The notes below the pieces were generated by a model, which was given only the letters and a program-made list of their open reading frames with translations, had not been told where the DNA came from and made no database searches. The translations under genes and the position numbers were made by a program. 64,000 nucleotides of DNA. Source: Candidatus Latescibacterota bacterium (GTDB lineage Bacteria; Latescibacterota; UBA2968; GCA-2709665). Below, in pieces: positions 9,369 through 19,358 of this stretch; within the stretch, counting starts at the first letter, position 1; the number at the start of each line of letters is the position of its first letter. The stretch lies in NCBI GenBank assembly GCA_965248435.1, contig OZ252100.1, forward strand, positions 5,408,001-5,472,000. Direction: 5' to 3'.

Positions 9369-10739
9369 ATGGGCTTTCGGACGACGGCAGTTCTAGGGAC
9401 GCTCTTTATCGCGCTGCTCGCGTTCCTTTACTTCTACGAATCGGAGCTTTCGAAGGAGCGAAGGCGGGCGAGGGAAGAGGAGAAAAGCGTCCTCAGCATT
9501 GACAAGGAAGCCGTAACGCGTATTCAAATCCTGTGGGCAGACACGGTTCTCGTTGCTGTGAAGGAAGGCAAGGATTGGCAGATTCTGGAGCCGATCCGTT
9601 TCGAGGGGGACAACGGAAACTTTGACGGGCTCGTCACGATCGCGAGCGAGATCGACAGAGAGCGGGTGATCGCTGAGAGCACGGCCGTGGAAAACGGGGA
9701 AGTGAATATTGCGGAGTTTGGACTTGCGGATCCCGGAGTCGTCGTGGAGCTCCACCAGGAAGGGAAGGATCCGGATACGGTCTATGTCGGCGACCGGACG
9801 CCCGTTGAGGGGTATTTCTACCTGAGACGGTCCGGAAACCCCGAAATCTTGATGAGCAGTGGCTGGCGCAAGGATTTCTTTCAGAAAGGGCTGTTCTACC
9901 TGAGGGACAAGCAGATCTTGCCTTTCCGTGTGCTTGAAGATGTACAAAGGATCGAGTTTGTCTTGCAAGGTCACGTGATCGAGGCAGTGAAGCAGGGGGA
10001 ATCCTGGCGCCTGGAACAGCCCCTGGTAGACCGAGCAGACGATGGGGCAGTAAAAGGACTACTCAATCGGGTGCGATCCGGGAGGATCCTGGAGTTCGTT
10101 GATGAACGGGGTGAGGACCTCGCCTCCTATGGGCTTGAACGACCGTGGGCAAGAATCTCCCTTCAGGAGGGAGACGAGAAGAAGACGCTGATTCTGGGGG
10201 ATTCAACGGCGTCTAACGGCAATACGCGGTTCTATGGAAAGTACCTGCCGAGGGCTCCGATCTTTCTGGTCGACAAGAGCCTTGTAGGGCAACTGATTGC
10301 GTCTTCCGCAGGTCTGCGACACAAGCAGATTTTTGCTTTCAACCCAGAGGGTGTTGATCGGGTATCCCTGGTCTATCCTGACAGCACCGTGAACTGCGAG
10401 ATTGATGCGACCTCAAATGAATGGGTCGTGCAGTCTCCTCCCTCGCGGTTGGTTCTTAGGAGCAATGTCGAGTCGCTAATCCGGCGGGCGAGTGCGATGA
10501 AAGCGAAAGGCTTCGTGTCTGAAAATCTGGACGATTCGAGAAAGTACGGTCTGGATCAGCCGACCGTCGTAGCAAAATTTTGGAAGGGCACGGAGTTAAG
10601 AAGGAGAATTACAGTTGCAGCAGGCGACGCCGTCATCTACGCCACAATGGATTCCAGACCTCAAGTCGTCGTGGTCTACGATAACGCTCTGGATGAATTG
10701 AAGCTGGAATTGATTCAGAAGCGAACAGGTTCAGAATAG
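9369..10739 (+). CDS. DUF4340-repeat membrane-anchored protein
   Basis: N-terminal TM; three repeats ending FGLADP / YGLERP / YGLDQP, LRDK-type linkers; usual partner of GldG. Confidence 0.8.
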   Translation: MGFRTTAVLGTLFIALLAFLYFYESELSKERRRAREEEKSVLSIDKEAVTRIQILWADTVLVAVKEGKDWQILEPIRFEGDNGNFDGLVTIASEIDRERVIAESTAVENGEVNIAEFGLADPGVVVELHQEGKDPDTVYVGDRTPVEGYFYLRRSGNPEILMSSGWRKDFFQKGLFYLRDKQILPFRVLEDVQRIEFVLQGHVIEAVKQGESWRLEQPLVDRADDGAVKGLLNRVRSGRILEFVDERGEDLASYGLERPWARISLQEGDEKKTLILGDSTASNGNTRFYGKYLPRAPIFLVDKSLVGQLIASSAGLRHKQIFAFNPEGVDRVSLVYPDSTVNCEIDATSNEWVVQSPPSRLVLRSNVESLIRRASAMKAKGFVSENLDDSRKYGLDQPTVVAKFWKGTELRRRITVAAGDAVIYATMDSRPQVVVVYDNALDELKLELIQKRTGSE

Positions 10740-10796
10740 GCCGCTGGATATCGCGATGAGCGTGAAAACGAGCACGGACACGACCTGGGGGACACA

Positions 10797-11486
10797 ATGA
10801 AAAAGATTTTCACGCTGCTGGGAATCGTCCTGTCGTTTTCACCATGCTTTGCGACTGAGGCGGAGGAGACGAAACCCGCACTGGAAGACAGCATCAAGCT
10901 CAGCAATTACGACTGGGACTACGAACCCTACGTTTCGCATTTGAGGGAACACGTGGAAATCGGAGTCTCGCCTAGACGGGGCTTTAAGCTCGGTTTGGTC
11001 GATGGAAGGATGTGGGTGAGCTTCAAGCTTCTTCGGAGTGGAAAATCGATTGGCCTGAAGCTGCTGGGGCCTGAGGGGCGCCCGCTCAAGAGGAACCGAT
11101 GGACAAAGGAAATCAGCCTGTATACGAAAGTCAAACCCCTGGCTGACGACTTTCCCGATCAGTATTTGGAAGTGACCGGGATTTTTAATTTTGTCGTCAT
11201 TCGTCTGGACGAGGAGAAAAAAGAACCGTCTGCATCCGAGAGTGAGATCGTCATCATCAACGATGAGGTCGGCGAAGTGATCGACCTGGAGGAAAGAAAC
11301 CGCTTCGGGTTGTTTGGAGACGTCGAGGGATTCCTGTCGGCTTCCTACTTCAAGCATCCTGGTGACGCCTACACGATTCAGCTCCTAACGCTCGATCCCT
11401 CTGGGGAAGAGGTTACGGACGACAATCCTGTCAGCTATGCCGCAGTAGAAATGATCAGAGCGAGCATCGAAGAAAAGAGTGAATGA
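10797..11486 (+). CDS. Secreted hypothetical protein, N-terminal half weakly TonB-C-like
   Basis: Signal peptide MKKIFTLLGIVLSFSPCFA; YDWDYEPY...PLADDFPDQYLEVTGIF. Confidence 0.55.
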   Translation: MKKIFTLLGIVLSFSPCFATEAEETKPALEDSIKLSNYDWDYEPYVSHLREHVEIGVSPRRGFKLGLVDGRMWVSFKLLRSGKSIGLKLLGPEGRPLKRNRWTKEISLYTKVKPLADDFPDQYLEVTGIFNFVVIRLDEEKKEPSASESEIVIINDEVGEVIDLEERNRFGLFGDVEGFLSASYFKHPGDAYTIQLLTLDPSGEEVTDDNPVSYAAVEMIRASIEEKSE

Positions 11487-11527
11487 CGAGCTGGTGAGCA
11501 CGACAAGAACCCGTCAGATTCAAGCCG

Positions 11528-12475
11528 ATGACTCAACGCTGTACCTATCCACTTCTCATCCTCCTCAGCCTGATCTGTACCCACTCCGCTTCCCTCGCTG
11601 AATTCTCTGTTCTTAGTGGCGTCGATCGCGATACGGTTTCGGTTGGCGACCTCATTACGTTTCGGTTGCGCGTTTTGCGAGCACCCGAAGACCGGGTCGA
11701 GATTTTGCCAGGCGTTGGATTTCCGGGTGTCTTCGAGATTCGAGGTCAGCAGGAACCGGTCATTCAAAAGGACAAAGCACAGGTCAAAGAGACCCGTGAT
11801 TATGTTCTGGCCGTTTACCAAACGGGTAGGTTCGAGATTCCCCCACTGGTCGTTGAAGCCGTCTCAGGTGCGGGAGATACCACTCGGATCCCGACCGATC
11901 CGGTCCCGATCGTAGTTCGCAGCGTAATGCCAGAGGGACTTTCCGACATTCTGGACATCAAGCCTCCGGTGGAAGTAGAAGCCCGCGTTCCGTGGTGGGT
12001 ATGGGTTGCGAGTGTCGGGTTTCTCGGGATTGTTGTCGGTATCGTATGGGTTTTGAGGCGGAAACGCCGGAAACCGGTCACCGTGCTACCGCCCCCTCCC
12101 GTTGACTGGAGGGTTGAGGTTGAGAAGATCGCTCGGATGGGGCTGATGGAGAAGGGCGATTACAAACAGTTCTACACGCTGCTTTCCGAATTGTTTCGTC
12201 GTTATCTAGAAGCGGAAGTGGGGATCGAGGCCATGGAGCGCACAACACGGGAGATTGCTACAGATATGAACAAAGGTTCGATTTCAGACGCCACCATAAC
12301 CGCTACTCGCGCGTTTCTGTTGGATGCCGACCTGGTAAAATTCGCGAAATTCAGACCTCCAGAAAAGGTTGTTCGGGCTGCGTCTGAGCAGGTCCTGGAA
12401 TTGATTCAAAGATTGGAGTCGACTCCGACACCTGCCGCGCAAGAAAAGATCTCTACTACGGGGACGTCCGGATGA
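11528..12475 (+). CDS. BatD-like Ig domain + TM protein (DUF4381-like) of bat clusters
   Basis: Signal peptide, VDRDTVSVGD, DIKPP, TM, AMERTT, ADLVKFAK. Confidence 0.85.
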   Translation: MTQRCTYPLLILLSLICTHSASLAEFSVLSGVDRDTVSVGDLITFRLRVLRAPEDRVEILPGVGFPGVFEIRGQQEPVIQKDKAQVKETRDYVLAVYQTGRFEIPPLVVEAVSGAGDTTRIPTDPVPIVVRSVMPEGLSDILDIKPPVEVEARVPWWVWVASVGFLGIVVGIVWVLRRKRRKPVTVLPPPPVDWRVEVEKIARMGLMEKGDYKQFYTLLSELFRRYLEAEVGIEAMERTTREIATDMNKGSISDATITATRAFLLDADLVKFAKFRPPEKVVRAASEQVLELIQRLESTPTPAAQEKISTTGTSG

Positions 12476-13473
12476 TTCGGTTTGAGGACCCTGAAGCACT
12501 CCTGCTGCTTGCACTTATCCCGGTTTTGCTCTATCGCTATCTGCACCGGGAACGGCAGAAGCGCGGGAGCATTCGATTCTCGGACACGACGCCATTTAGA
12601 GAGATTCCGTCTTCTTTGCTTCTCAAGTTCAGACACAGCTTGATCGTGTTTCGCTGCCTTGCGCTAGTGCTATTAGTGCTTGCTTTGGCCAGGCCCCAAT
12701 CCGGTCGGGAAAGCCGCGAGTTCTTGACTCAGGGGATTGATATCGTCCTCGCGCTGGATGTGTCCAGCAGCATGAAGGCCAAAGACCTCGATCATCAGCA
12801 AAAGAGTCGGCTGGACGTTTGCAAGGAGGTCGTGACCCAGTTCGTGGAAGGCCGCACGAATGACCGGCTGGGGCTTGTCGTGTTCGCGGGCGAGAGCTAC
12901 ACGCAGTGCCCCTTGACGCTCGACTATCGAGTCTTCCAGACCTTCCTGGACCTGGTCGAAATTGCTGGCGATTCTTGGGACGGTACGGCCATTGGCACCG
13001 GAATCGCCACGGCTGTGAACCGTCTCCGGAAGTCTGATGCGAAGAGCAAAGTAGCCATTCTGCTGACGGACGGTGTCAACAACCGGGGAGAGATCGATCC
13101 GATCACTGCTGCGAAAGCGGCGAAGGCCGTCGGCGTACGGATCTATACCATCGGAGCTGGAAGTGATGGAACAGTTAGACGAAAAGTTGACAGCGGAATC
13201 TTCGGATCCCGATACGTTACGGACAAAGTGGAGATCGACGAGGAGGTCCTTAAGGAGGTGGCGGCCATTACCGGAGGACGCTATTATCGGGCGACAAGTG
13301 AACAGAAACTGGAGGAGATCTATACCGAAATCGGCGAGATGGAAAAAGTTGAAATCAAAACCCGAGACTACGTAGATTACGATGAACGCTTCGCAGGCTT
13401 CCTCTGGCCGGGGTTGTTCCTTATCGGGTTGGAGGTGTTGTTGGCGAACACGCGTTTTCGGAGGATCCCATAA
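12472..13473 (+). CDS. batA: BatA vWA domain protein
   Basis: LALARPQ, MIDAS DVSSSM, CPLTLD, GTAIG, LLTDG. Confidence 0.92.
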   Translation: MIRFEDPEALLLLALIPVLLYRYLHRERQKRGSIRFSDTTPFREIPSSLLLKFRHSLIVFRCLALVLLVLALARPQSGRESREFLTQGIDIVLALDVSSSMKAKDLDHQQKSRLDVCKEVVTQFVEGRTNDRLGLVVFAGESYTQCPLTLDYRVFQTFLDLVEIAGDSWDGTAIGTGIATAVNRLRKSDAKSKVAILLTDGVNNRGEIDPITAAKAAKAVGVRIYTIGAGSDGTVRRKVDSGIFGSRYVTDKVEIDEEVLKEVAAITGGRYYRATSEQKLEEIYTEIGEMEKVEIKTRDYVDYDERFAGFLWPGLFLIGLEVLLANTRFRRIP

Positions 13474-13474
13474 C

Positions 13475-14497
13475 ATGCGGTTTGGCAACCTGGATGCCTT
13501 CTGGTTTCTGGTCATGGTGCCCCTGGGAATTATTTTCTATGTCTGGGCGTTTCACAGGAAGCAGCGCAGACTCGGTGAGTTCGGTAACCCGAAGCTGATG
13601 GAAAAATTGACGTCGGCAACCAGTTGGGCGCGCCAGGGGAGCAAGGCCGCTATGATCATCACAGGGATTTTCTTCCTGGTGTTGGCGCTCGGTCAGCCTC
13701 AGTTCGGCACAAAACTGGAGCTCCTGCACCGGAGGGGCGTCGACATTATGATCGGCCTCGATACCTCCTTGAGCATGTTGGCCGAAGACATCAAGCCGAA
13801 CCGACTTACGCGCGCGCGGTATGAGATCGAAGGACTGATCGACCGATTGGAAGGGGATCGAATCGGACTCGTGGCCTTCGCCGGGAAAAGCTTTGTGTTG
13901 TGCCCTCTGACGCTCGATTACGGTGCCGCAAAGATCTTTCTGGACACGGTAGACACGGACCTGATCTCCGTAAAGGGAACGGCGATCGGAGATGCCGTTC
14001 GGATGGCCACGCGGGCCTTCGGGTCGAGCGAAAAGAAGTACCAGGTCTTGATCCTGATCACCGACGGAGAGGACCACGCCGGAGATCCGCTCGACGCAGC
14101 AGAGGCGGCGGCTGACGCCGGTGTTCGCATCTTCGCCGTTGGCGTCGGGACGCCCGATGGAGAGCTCGTCCCGATTCGAGACGGGGATGAGGTAAATTAC
14201 TTGAGGGATTCCGCGGGGCGTATCGTGAAGACACGTCTGGACCAGGCCACCCTGGAGAAAATGGCTGCGCTGACAGATGGTGCCTATGTGCAGGCCGGCG
14301 GGGGAAGGGTCGGTCTTGAAGAGGTGTATACCAGAATCGCAGAAATGGAGAAGAAAGACCTGGGTTCGCGTGAGTACACTCAATACATAGATCGCTTTCA
14401 ATGGCCTCTGGCGCTTGCCCTGGTCTGCTTCTTGGGTGAGGCGCTGCTTTCAGACCGACGAAAGTTGGGCGGGGAATGGAGAGGACGGTTCCAGTGA
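13475..14497 (+). CDS. batB: BatB vWA domain protein
   Basis: DTSLSMLAEDIKPNRL, CPLTLDY, ITDGEDH, RFQWPL; start at ATG 13475. Confidence 0.92.
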   Translation: MRFGNLDAFWFLVMVPLGIIFYVWAFHRKQRRLGEFGNPKLMEKLTSATSWARQGSKAAMIITGIFFLVLALGQPQFGTKLELLHRRGVDIMIGLDTSLSMLAEDIKPNRLTRARYEIEGLIDRLEGDRIGLVAFAGKSFVLCPLTLDYGAAKIFLDTVDTDLISVKGTAIGDAVRMATRAFGSSEKKYQVLILITDGEDHAGDPLDAAEAAADAGVRIFAVGVGTPDGELVPIRDGDEVNYLRDSAGRIVKTRLDQATLEKMAALTDGAYVQAGGGRVGLEEVYTRIAEMEKKDLGSREYTQYIDRFQWPLALALVCFLGEALLSDRRKLGGEWRGRFQ

Positions 14498-14507
14498 GGA
14501 GAGTTTT

Positions 14508-15272
14508 TTGAAAAGTTTTGCATCATCTTACGTGGTCGCTGTTCTGGTCCTTCCGCTACTGGGCTTCACCTTTCTTGATCCGGTGGCAAAGAAGAATCTA
14601 GAAGGGAATCGATTGTTCGATGAAGGACGGTTCGAAGCGGCCCTTGAGCATTATCGAGAAGCTCAGCTTGAGGATGCGGAATCAAAACAGCTTCACTTCA
14701 ATGCAGGGGATGCCCTTTACAAGCAAGGCAGACACGACGAGGCCATCCAGGAATTCGAGCACGCCTTGGACGACCCTGACGCATCCTTTTCATCGAAGAG
14801 CTTATACAATTTGGGCAATGTCCTCTTCCGGAAGAACCAACTTCATGAAGCGGTCGGTGCATACAAGAAGGCGTTGGAGCTCGATCCGAACGATACGGCC
14901 GCAAAGATCAATCTGGAGTATGTGCGGGACCTTCTAGACCAGCAGGAAGAGGAACAGCGTCAGGAACAGGATAAGCAAGAAAAGGATAAAGAGGAGGGGG
15001 AAGAAGAGGAGTCATCCCCCGAGGATAAAGAGCAAGGCGCCGATGGTCAGCAGAAACCTGAAGACACACAAGACGACAATCAGGAAACACAGCAGCCTAA
15101 CGAGGAAGGGCGCGACGAGACGCGCGAGGATGAGGCAACGCCCAAGGAGGGCGAGCTGAGCCTCGAGGAGGCCGAACGCCTCCTCGAGGCCCTAAAAGCC
15201 CACGAGATAGAAGCTCAGAAGCGGCGCAGGATCCGACTGTCTGAGGAACGATATACTGGTAATGAATGGTAG
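14508..15272 (+). CDS. batC: BatC TPR protein with acidic Q/E-rich linker
   Basis: TPRs (FNAGDALYK, YNLGN), low-complexity acidic linker, AERLLEAL...W end; TTG start after AGGAG. Confidence 0.88.
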   Translation: MKSFASSYVVAVLVLPLLGFTFLDPVAKKNLEGNRLFDEGRFEAALEHYREAQLEDAESKQLHFNAGDALYKQGRHDEAIQEFEHALDDPDASFSSKSLYNLGNVLFRKNQLHEAVGAYKKALELDPNDTAAKINLEYVRDLLDQQEEEQRQEQDKQEKDKEEGEEEESSPEDKEQGADGQQKPEDTQDDNQETQQPNEEGRDETREDEATPKEGELSLEEAERLLEALKAHEIEAQKRRRIRLSEERYTGNEW

Positions 15273-17151
15273 ATCCGGAAATTATTCCGAGGTGAATCAA
15301 AAGCCTGCAGGTCGCTTCTGGTTCGTGCTGCTGGCTCTGAGTATCGCTGTGCAGATTCCTCAATCCACACTCGCGGGAGAACTTGATTTTCGCGCGAGCG
15401 TAGATAAGAATCGGGTCCAGGCTGGACAGCGTTTGACCCTTACGGTTACGATGTCCTCAGAGGGTCTGAAATCGGCACCGACGCCCGAGTTGGACGCTCC
15501 AGATGGGTTCAGCATTCTGGGTAGGACGTCGTCGAGTTCCACCTCTATCAGCATCGTGAACGGCGCGATGACTACCACTCGGGAGGTTTCATTCGTCTAC
15601 ACATTAGAAGCGGAGCGGGAGGGTTCCTTCCTGATCGGTCCGGCCCGCGTGACACACCAGGGAAAATCCTATAAGACTTCTACGCTTCGAGTGGAAGTGG
15701 TGAAGGGAACGGGAAGAGGACGTTCCCAGTCTGTCCCACGAACAGGAAAGACTCTGAAGGGGACCGACGTTCGCGAAATCGAGGAGAATCTCTTCATCCG
15801 GGCAGAGGCGGACAAGGACAGAGTCTATGTGGGAGAACAGCTGAACCTTTCTTACACGCTCTTTACGAGATACAACCTTCAGAACGTGAGCTACAGTCGA
15901 AATCCGACCTTCACCGGATTCTGGGCGGAATCGCTCTACGACGCCCAGCGGCTCGATCTAAAGCGCGAAAGCGTGCACGGACGGGTATACAACTCGGTGC
16001 TCCTGAAGCGTGTTGCCCTCTTTCCCACAACATCAGGCAGACAAGAGTTGGAACAACTTGAGATTGTTTGCGAGATTCCAGTCCGACGAAACCGAAGGAG
16101 TTTGTTCGACTTTGATGATTTCTTGGATTTAAACCCGTTTCAGGCACAGCAGGTCACCCTACGGTCTGCGCCCACGGAGATCGAAGTGCTTCCCCTGCCC
16201 GCGGGTGCCCCTCCAACCTTCGACGGAGCAGTGGGGCAGTTTCGGATCCTGTCGGAAGTGGATCCAAAGACGATTACTGCGGGGGAACCTGTCTCACTGA
16301 GTGTGACCCTGTCTGGACAGGGCAATCTGAACACTTTAACCGAGCCGGTGCGCCATAAGAGTGATCGGCTTCAGTTCTATGATCCTAAGGTTACCGTTGA
16401 AAAAGAGACGAAGGGAAATCGAATCAGGGGTCGAAAACGGTTTGAATACGTAGTCATTCCAGAAGCATCGGGCCGCATCCAAATCCCGCCGTTTCAGATG
16501 TCCTATTTCGACCCCGCTCAACGGGACTACGTCACGATCGAGACCGAACCTGTGGATCTCCTCGTAACGCAAGGGTTGGATCCCGCCCATACCGTGAGGG
16601 CCCCCCTCCTCAGCCGGGAAGAGATTCGGCTGTTGGGAGAGGATGTCCGACACATCAAACCGGACTTGACCGCCCTCGAGGATCACGGCGGCGCGCTTTA
16701 CAAAGATGGGCGCTTTCTTACCCTTCAGGTTTTACCCGTGATCGCCCTTCTGGGCGTTGTGGCCTACAAGCGGCACCGGGAACGAATGCACGGAGATGTG
16801 GCCTACGCCCGCCGGCGTCGGTCAAAGTCTGAGGCCAAACGCAGGCTGTCACAGGCTCAGAGACTTATGAGGGAGGGGAAGGACGCTGCGTTCTACGCCG
16901 AAGTCTACCGGGCCCTTATCCAGTTTCTGGCCGACCGGTTAAACCTGGCGCCATCCGAGATCCTCGGGGATTCGTCCGACAGGATTCTCGTGGAGCAGGG
17001 CGTACCGCAAGATCTGACGGCCCAGGTCAAGGCTGTACTCTACCAATGCGACATGGCTCGGTTTTCTCCCGCTCAGGCTTCAAATGGTGAAATGAAGAGG
17101 CTGTGCGAGCAGACGGGGGAACTGATTGAGGCGCTCGGAAAGGTGATCTAG
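15262..17151 (+). CDS. batD: BatD family protein
   Basis: ASVDKN, SSSTSISIVNG, VYVGEQ, GFW, FDGAVGQF, C-terminal TM; exact start uncertain (GTG 15292 possible). Confidence 0.9.
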   Translation: MNGRSGNYSEVNQKPAGRFWFVLLALSIAVQIPQSTLAGELDFRASVDKNRVQAGQRLTLTVTMSSEGLKSAPTPELDAPDGFSILGRTSSSSTSISIVNGAMTTTREVSFVYTLEAEREGSFLIGPARVTHQGKSYKTSTLRVEVVKGTGRGRSQSVPRTGKTLKGTDVREIEENLFIRAEADKDRVYVGEQLNLSYTLFTRYNLQNVSYSRNPTFTGFWAESLYDAQRLDLKRESVHGRVYNSVLLKRVALFPTTSGRQELEQLEIVCEIPVRRNRRSLFDFDDFLDLNPFQAQQVTLRSAPTEIEVLPLPAGAPPTFDGAVGQFRILSEVDPKTITAGEPVSLSVTLSGQGNLNTLTEPVRHKSDRLQFYDPKVTVEKETKGNRIRGRKRFEYVVIPEASGRIQIPPFQMSYFDPAQRDYVTIETEPVDLLVTQGLDPAHTVRAPLLSREEIRLLGEDVRHIKPDLTALEDHGGALYKDGRFLTLQVLPVIALLGVVAYKRHRERMHGDVAYARRRRSKSEAKRRLSQAQRLMREGKDAAFYAEVYRALIQFLADRLNLAPSEILGDSSDRILVEQGVPQDLTAQVKAVLYQCDMARFSPAQASNGEMKRLCEQTGELIEALGKVI

Positions 17152-17924
17152 TGAGGGATCGAAGGTTAGCGAGATCCATATTGATTGGTGCTTTTCTCGT
17201 TCTTCTACCGGCGAGCCGTTCCGATGCGCTCAGTGCCAACGCCTCCATCTACAACGATGCCAACGCGCACTATCGAATCGGTGAGTATGCCGAGGCGGTG
17301 GCTCTGTATGAGCAGCTTGTGCCACGAGGCGTCAGAAACGGATATGTATATCACAATCTCGGCAATGCCCATTTCAAATCTGGTCGGATCGGTAGGGCGA
17401 TCCTGGCCTACGAAAGGGCCTTAGGGTTCCTGCCGGGCGACGAAGATGTTGCCGCGAACCTGAGGTTTGTGAATGCATCGAAGGTGGACAAAGAGCCTGA
17501 GCTCGACGCCAACTTCGCCACCCGCGCGATGAAGACGACTTACGACGCGTTCAGTGCGCATGCCCTTACCCTGTTCGCCAGTATCCTGCTCTTATGTGTC
17601 TACGTGACGGCTGCGGTAATGGCGCTCCTTCCCGGAAAACGGATCCTGTGTGTAGTCCTTTTGGTCGTCCTGGGATTCTCTCTTTCTGGAACCGGGGTTG
17701 TGCTGGCGTTCAAGATCTACGATAGGGAAGTAGCTCAGGAGGCGATCGTCTTGGTGGAAGAGGTCTTAGGCCGTAGCGGACCCGGAGAGGACTATCTGCG
17801 GGTCTTCGCGATACACGAGGGTACGAAAGTTGCGATCGAGCGCGTAGAGAGGGAATGGTTTTTGGTGCGGCTTTCGAATGGGATCGGCGGATGGATAAAC
17901 GCGGCGGGTATCGAGAAGATTTGA
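17151..17924 (+). CDS. batE: BatE TPR + TM + SH3 protein
   Basis: YHNLGNAHFK..GRAILAYERA, two TM segments, IHEGTKV...GWI. Confidence 0.9.
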   Translation: MRDRRLARSILIGAFLVLLPASRSDALSANASIYNDANAHYRIGEYAEAVALYEQLVPRGVRNGYVYHNLGNAHFKSGRIGRAILAYERALGFLPGDEDVAANLRFVNASKVDKEPELDANFATRAMKTTYDAFSAHALTLFASILLLCVYVTAAVMALLPGKRILCVVLLVVLGFSLSGTGVVLAFKIYDREVAQEAIVLVEEVLGRSGPGEDYLRVFAIHEGTKVAIERVEREWFLVRLSNGIGGWINAAGIEKI

Positions 17925-17962
17925 CGGAAGCGGTTGGGTCTTTTTCAGGAAGGAAGCAGGCT

Positions 17963-19309
17963 ATGCCCTACAGCGCGTGGTTTCAGTGCTTCAGGGGCTG
18001 TGAGGGGCGCTACCCCCTCACACAGATCATCTACGAATGTCCGATCTGCGGCGGACTGTTAGAGGTTAGGCACGACATGGACGCCCTCCGGACCAAATCG
18101 CCGGTCTACTGGCGGCAGTTGTTCGACCGTCGATACATGCGCACGGAGTGGCCCTACGGGAGTTCGGTGTGGGGCAAGAAGGAGATGGTCTGTCCGGTCG
18201 TGCAGGATGACAACGTTGTATCGATGTATGAGGGGGGGAGCAATCTCTTCTGGGCCGAGCGCCTCGGAGGTCAGCTCGGCCTGGCAGAACTCTGGGTGAA
18301 GCAGTGTGGGAACAGCCATACAGGTTCGTTCAAAGATCTCGGAATGACGGTGCTCCTCTCGATGGTGAAGGAGATGATTGTCAACGGACAGAGGATTCCG
18401 GCTGTGGCATGTGCCTCAACCGGTGATACCTCGGCGGCGCTTGCGGCATATTGCGCCGCTGCAGGCTTCCAGGCCATCGTCTTCCTGCCGAAGGACAAGG
18501 TCTCTCATGCACAACTGGTGCAGCCGTTGGCAAATGGAGCCCTCGTCTTGAGTCTGGATACCGATTTCGACGGGTGCATGAAGCTTGTTCAGGACCTGTG
18601 CAGCGAAGAGAACATATACCTTGCCAATTCCATGAACTCCCTCCGCGTGGAGGGACAGAAGACGATCAGTGCGGAACTGCTGCAGCAGTTTGACTGGCAG
18701 GTGCCCGATTGGATCATTATCCCAGGGGGGAACCTGGGGAACGTAAGTGCCATCGGGAAGGGATTTCTCGAGATGCAAGAGATGGGGCTAATCGAGCGTC
18801 TTCCTCGGATTGCAGTTGCCCAGAGCGCTCGAGCTAATCCGCTCTATTTGAGTTATCTCAAGAAGTTCGAACAATTCGAACCGATTCACGCGCAGCCTAC
18901 ACTGGCCAACGCCATCCGGATCGGTGACCCCGTGAGTGTCGAAAAGGCGATCAAGACTCTGAAGGCCTTCGATGGTGTTGTGGAGCAGGCATCGGAACAG
19001 GAGCTTGCCGACGCCGCGGCACGGGCAGACAGAACCGGACTCTTCACCTGTCCCCATACGGGCGTTGCCTTTGCCGTGCTTTCGAAACTCTTGGAGAACG
19101 GCGTGATCCAGGGGGATGAAAAAGTAGTTGTAATTTCAACTGCGCACGGTTTGAAGTTTACCGATGTCAAGGTGCAGTACCACGGGGATCGACTCCGTGA
19201 GGCGGGAATCACTCCCCATTATCACAACACGCCGGTGGAACTCCCCCCTGACTATGAATCCGTACGCGACCTCGTGTTTCGGGAGCTGGATGGCCGAATG
19301 AAAGGTTGA
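17963..19309 (+). CDS. thrC: Threonine synthase, long plant-like form
   Basis: HTGSFKDLGM (PLP lysine), CASTGDTSAA, PGGNLGN, CPHTG, STAHGLKF. Confidence 0.93.
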   Translation: MPYSAWFQCFRGCEGRYPLTQIIYECPICGGLLEVRHDMDALRTKSPVYWRQLFDRRYMRTEWPYGSSVWGKKEMVCPVVQDDNVVSMYEGGSNLFWAERLGGQLGLAELWVKQCGNSHTGSFKDLGMTVLLSMVKEMIVNGQRIPAVACASTGDTSAALAAYCAAAGFQAIVFLPKDKVSHAQLVQPLANGALVLSLDTDFDGCMKLVQDLCSEENIYLANSMNSLRVEGQKTISAELLQQFDWQVPDWIIIPGGNLGNVSAIGKGFLEMQEMGLIERLPRIAVAQSARANPLYLSYLKKFEQFEPIHAQPTLANAIRIGDPVSVEKAIKTLKAFDGVVEQASEQELADAAARADRTGLFTCPHTGVAFAVLSKLLENGVIQGDEKVVVISTAHGLKFTDVKVQYHGDRLREAGITPHYHNTPVELPPDYESVRDLVFRELDGRMKG

Positions 19310-19334
19310 CAGAATAGAGAGATTTGCTTAGATT
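19306..19334 (+). promoter_or_regulatory. sigma70-type promoter overlapping the thrC stop codon
   Basis: TTGACA-17 nt-TAGATT. Confidence 0.7.
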
Positions 19335-19358
19335 GAGCCGGGCGTTTAGTCGAATAGC

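Noticed and set aside
12673-14401. Long antisense ORFs (280 and 326 aa) opposite batA/batB
   Set aside because: No motifs or SD; expected antisense open frames at this codon bias.
14940-15150. Purine-rich repetitive tract
   Set aside because: Encodes the normal acidic Q/E/K linker of BatC; not a DNA repeat array.
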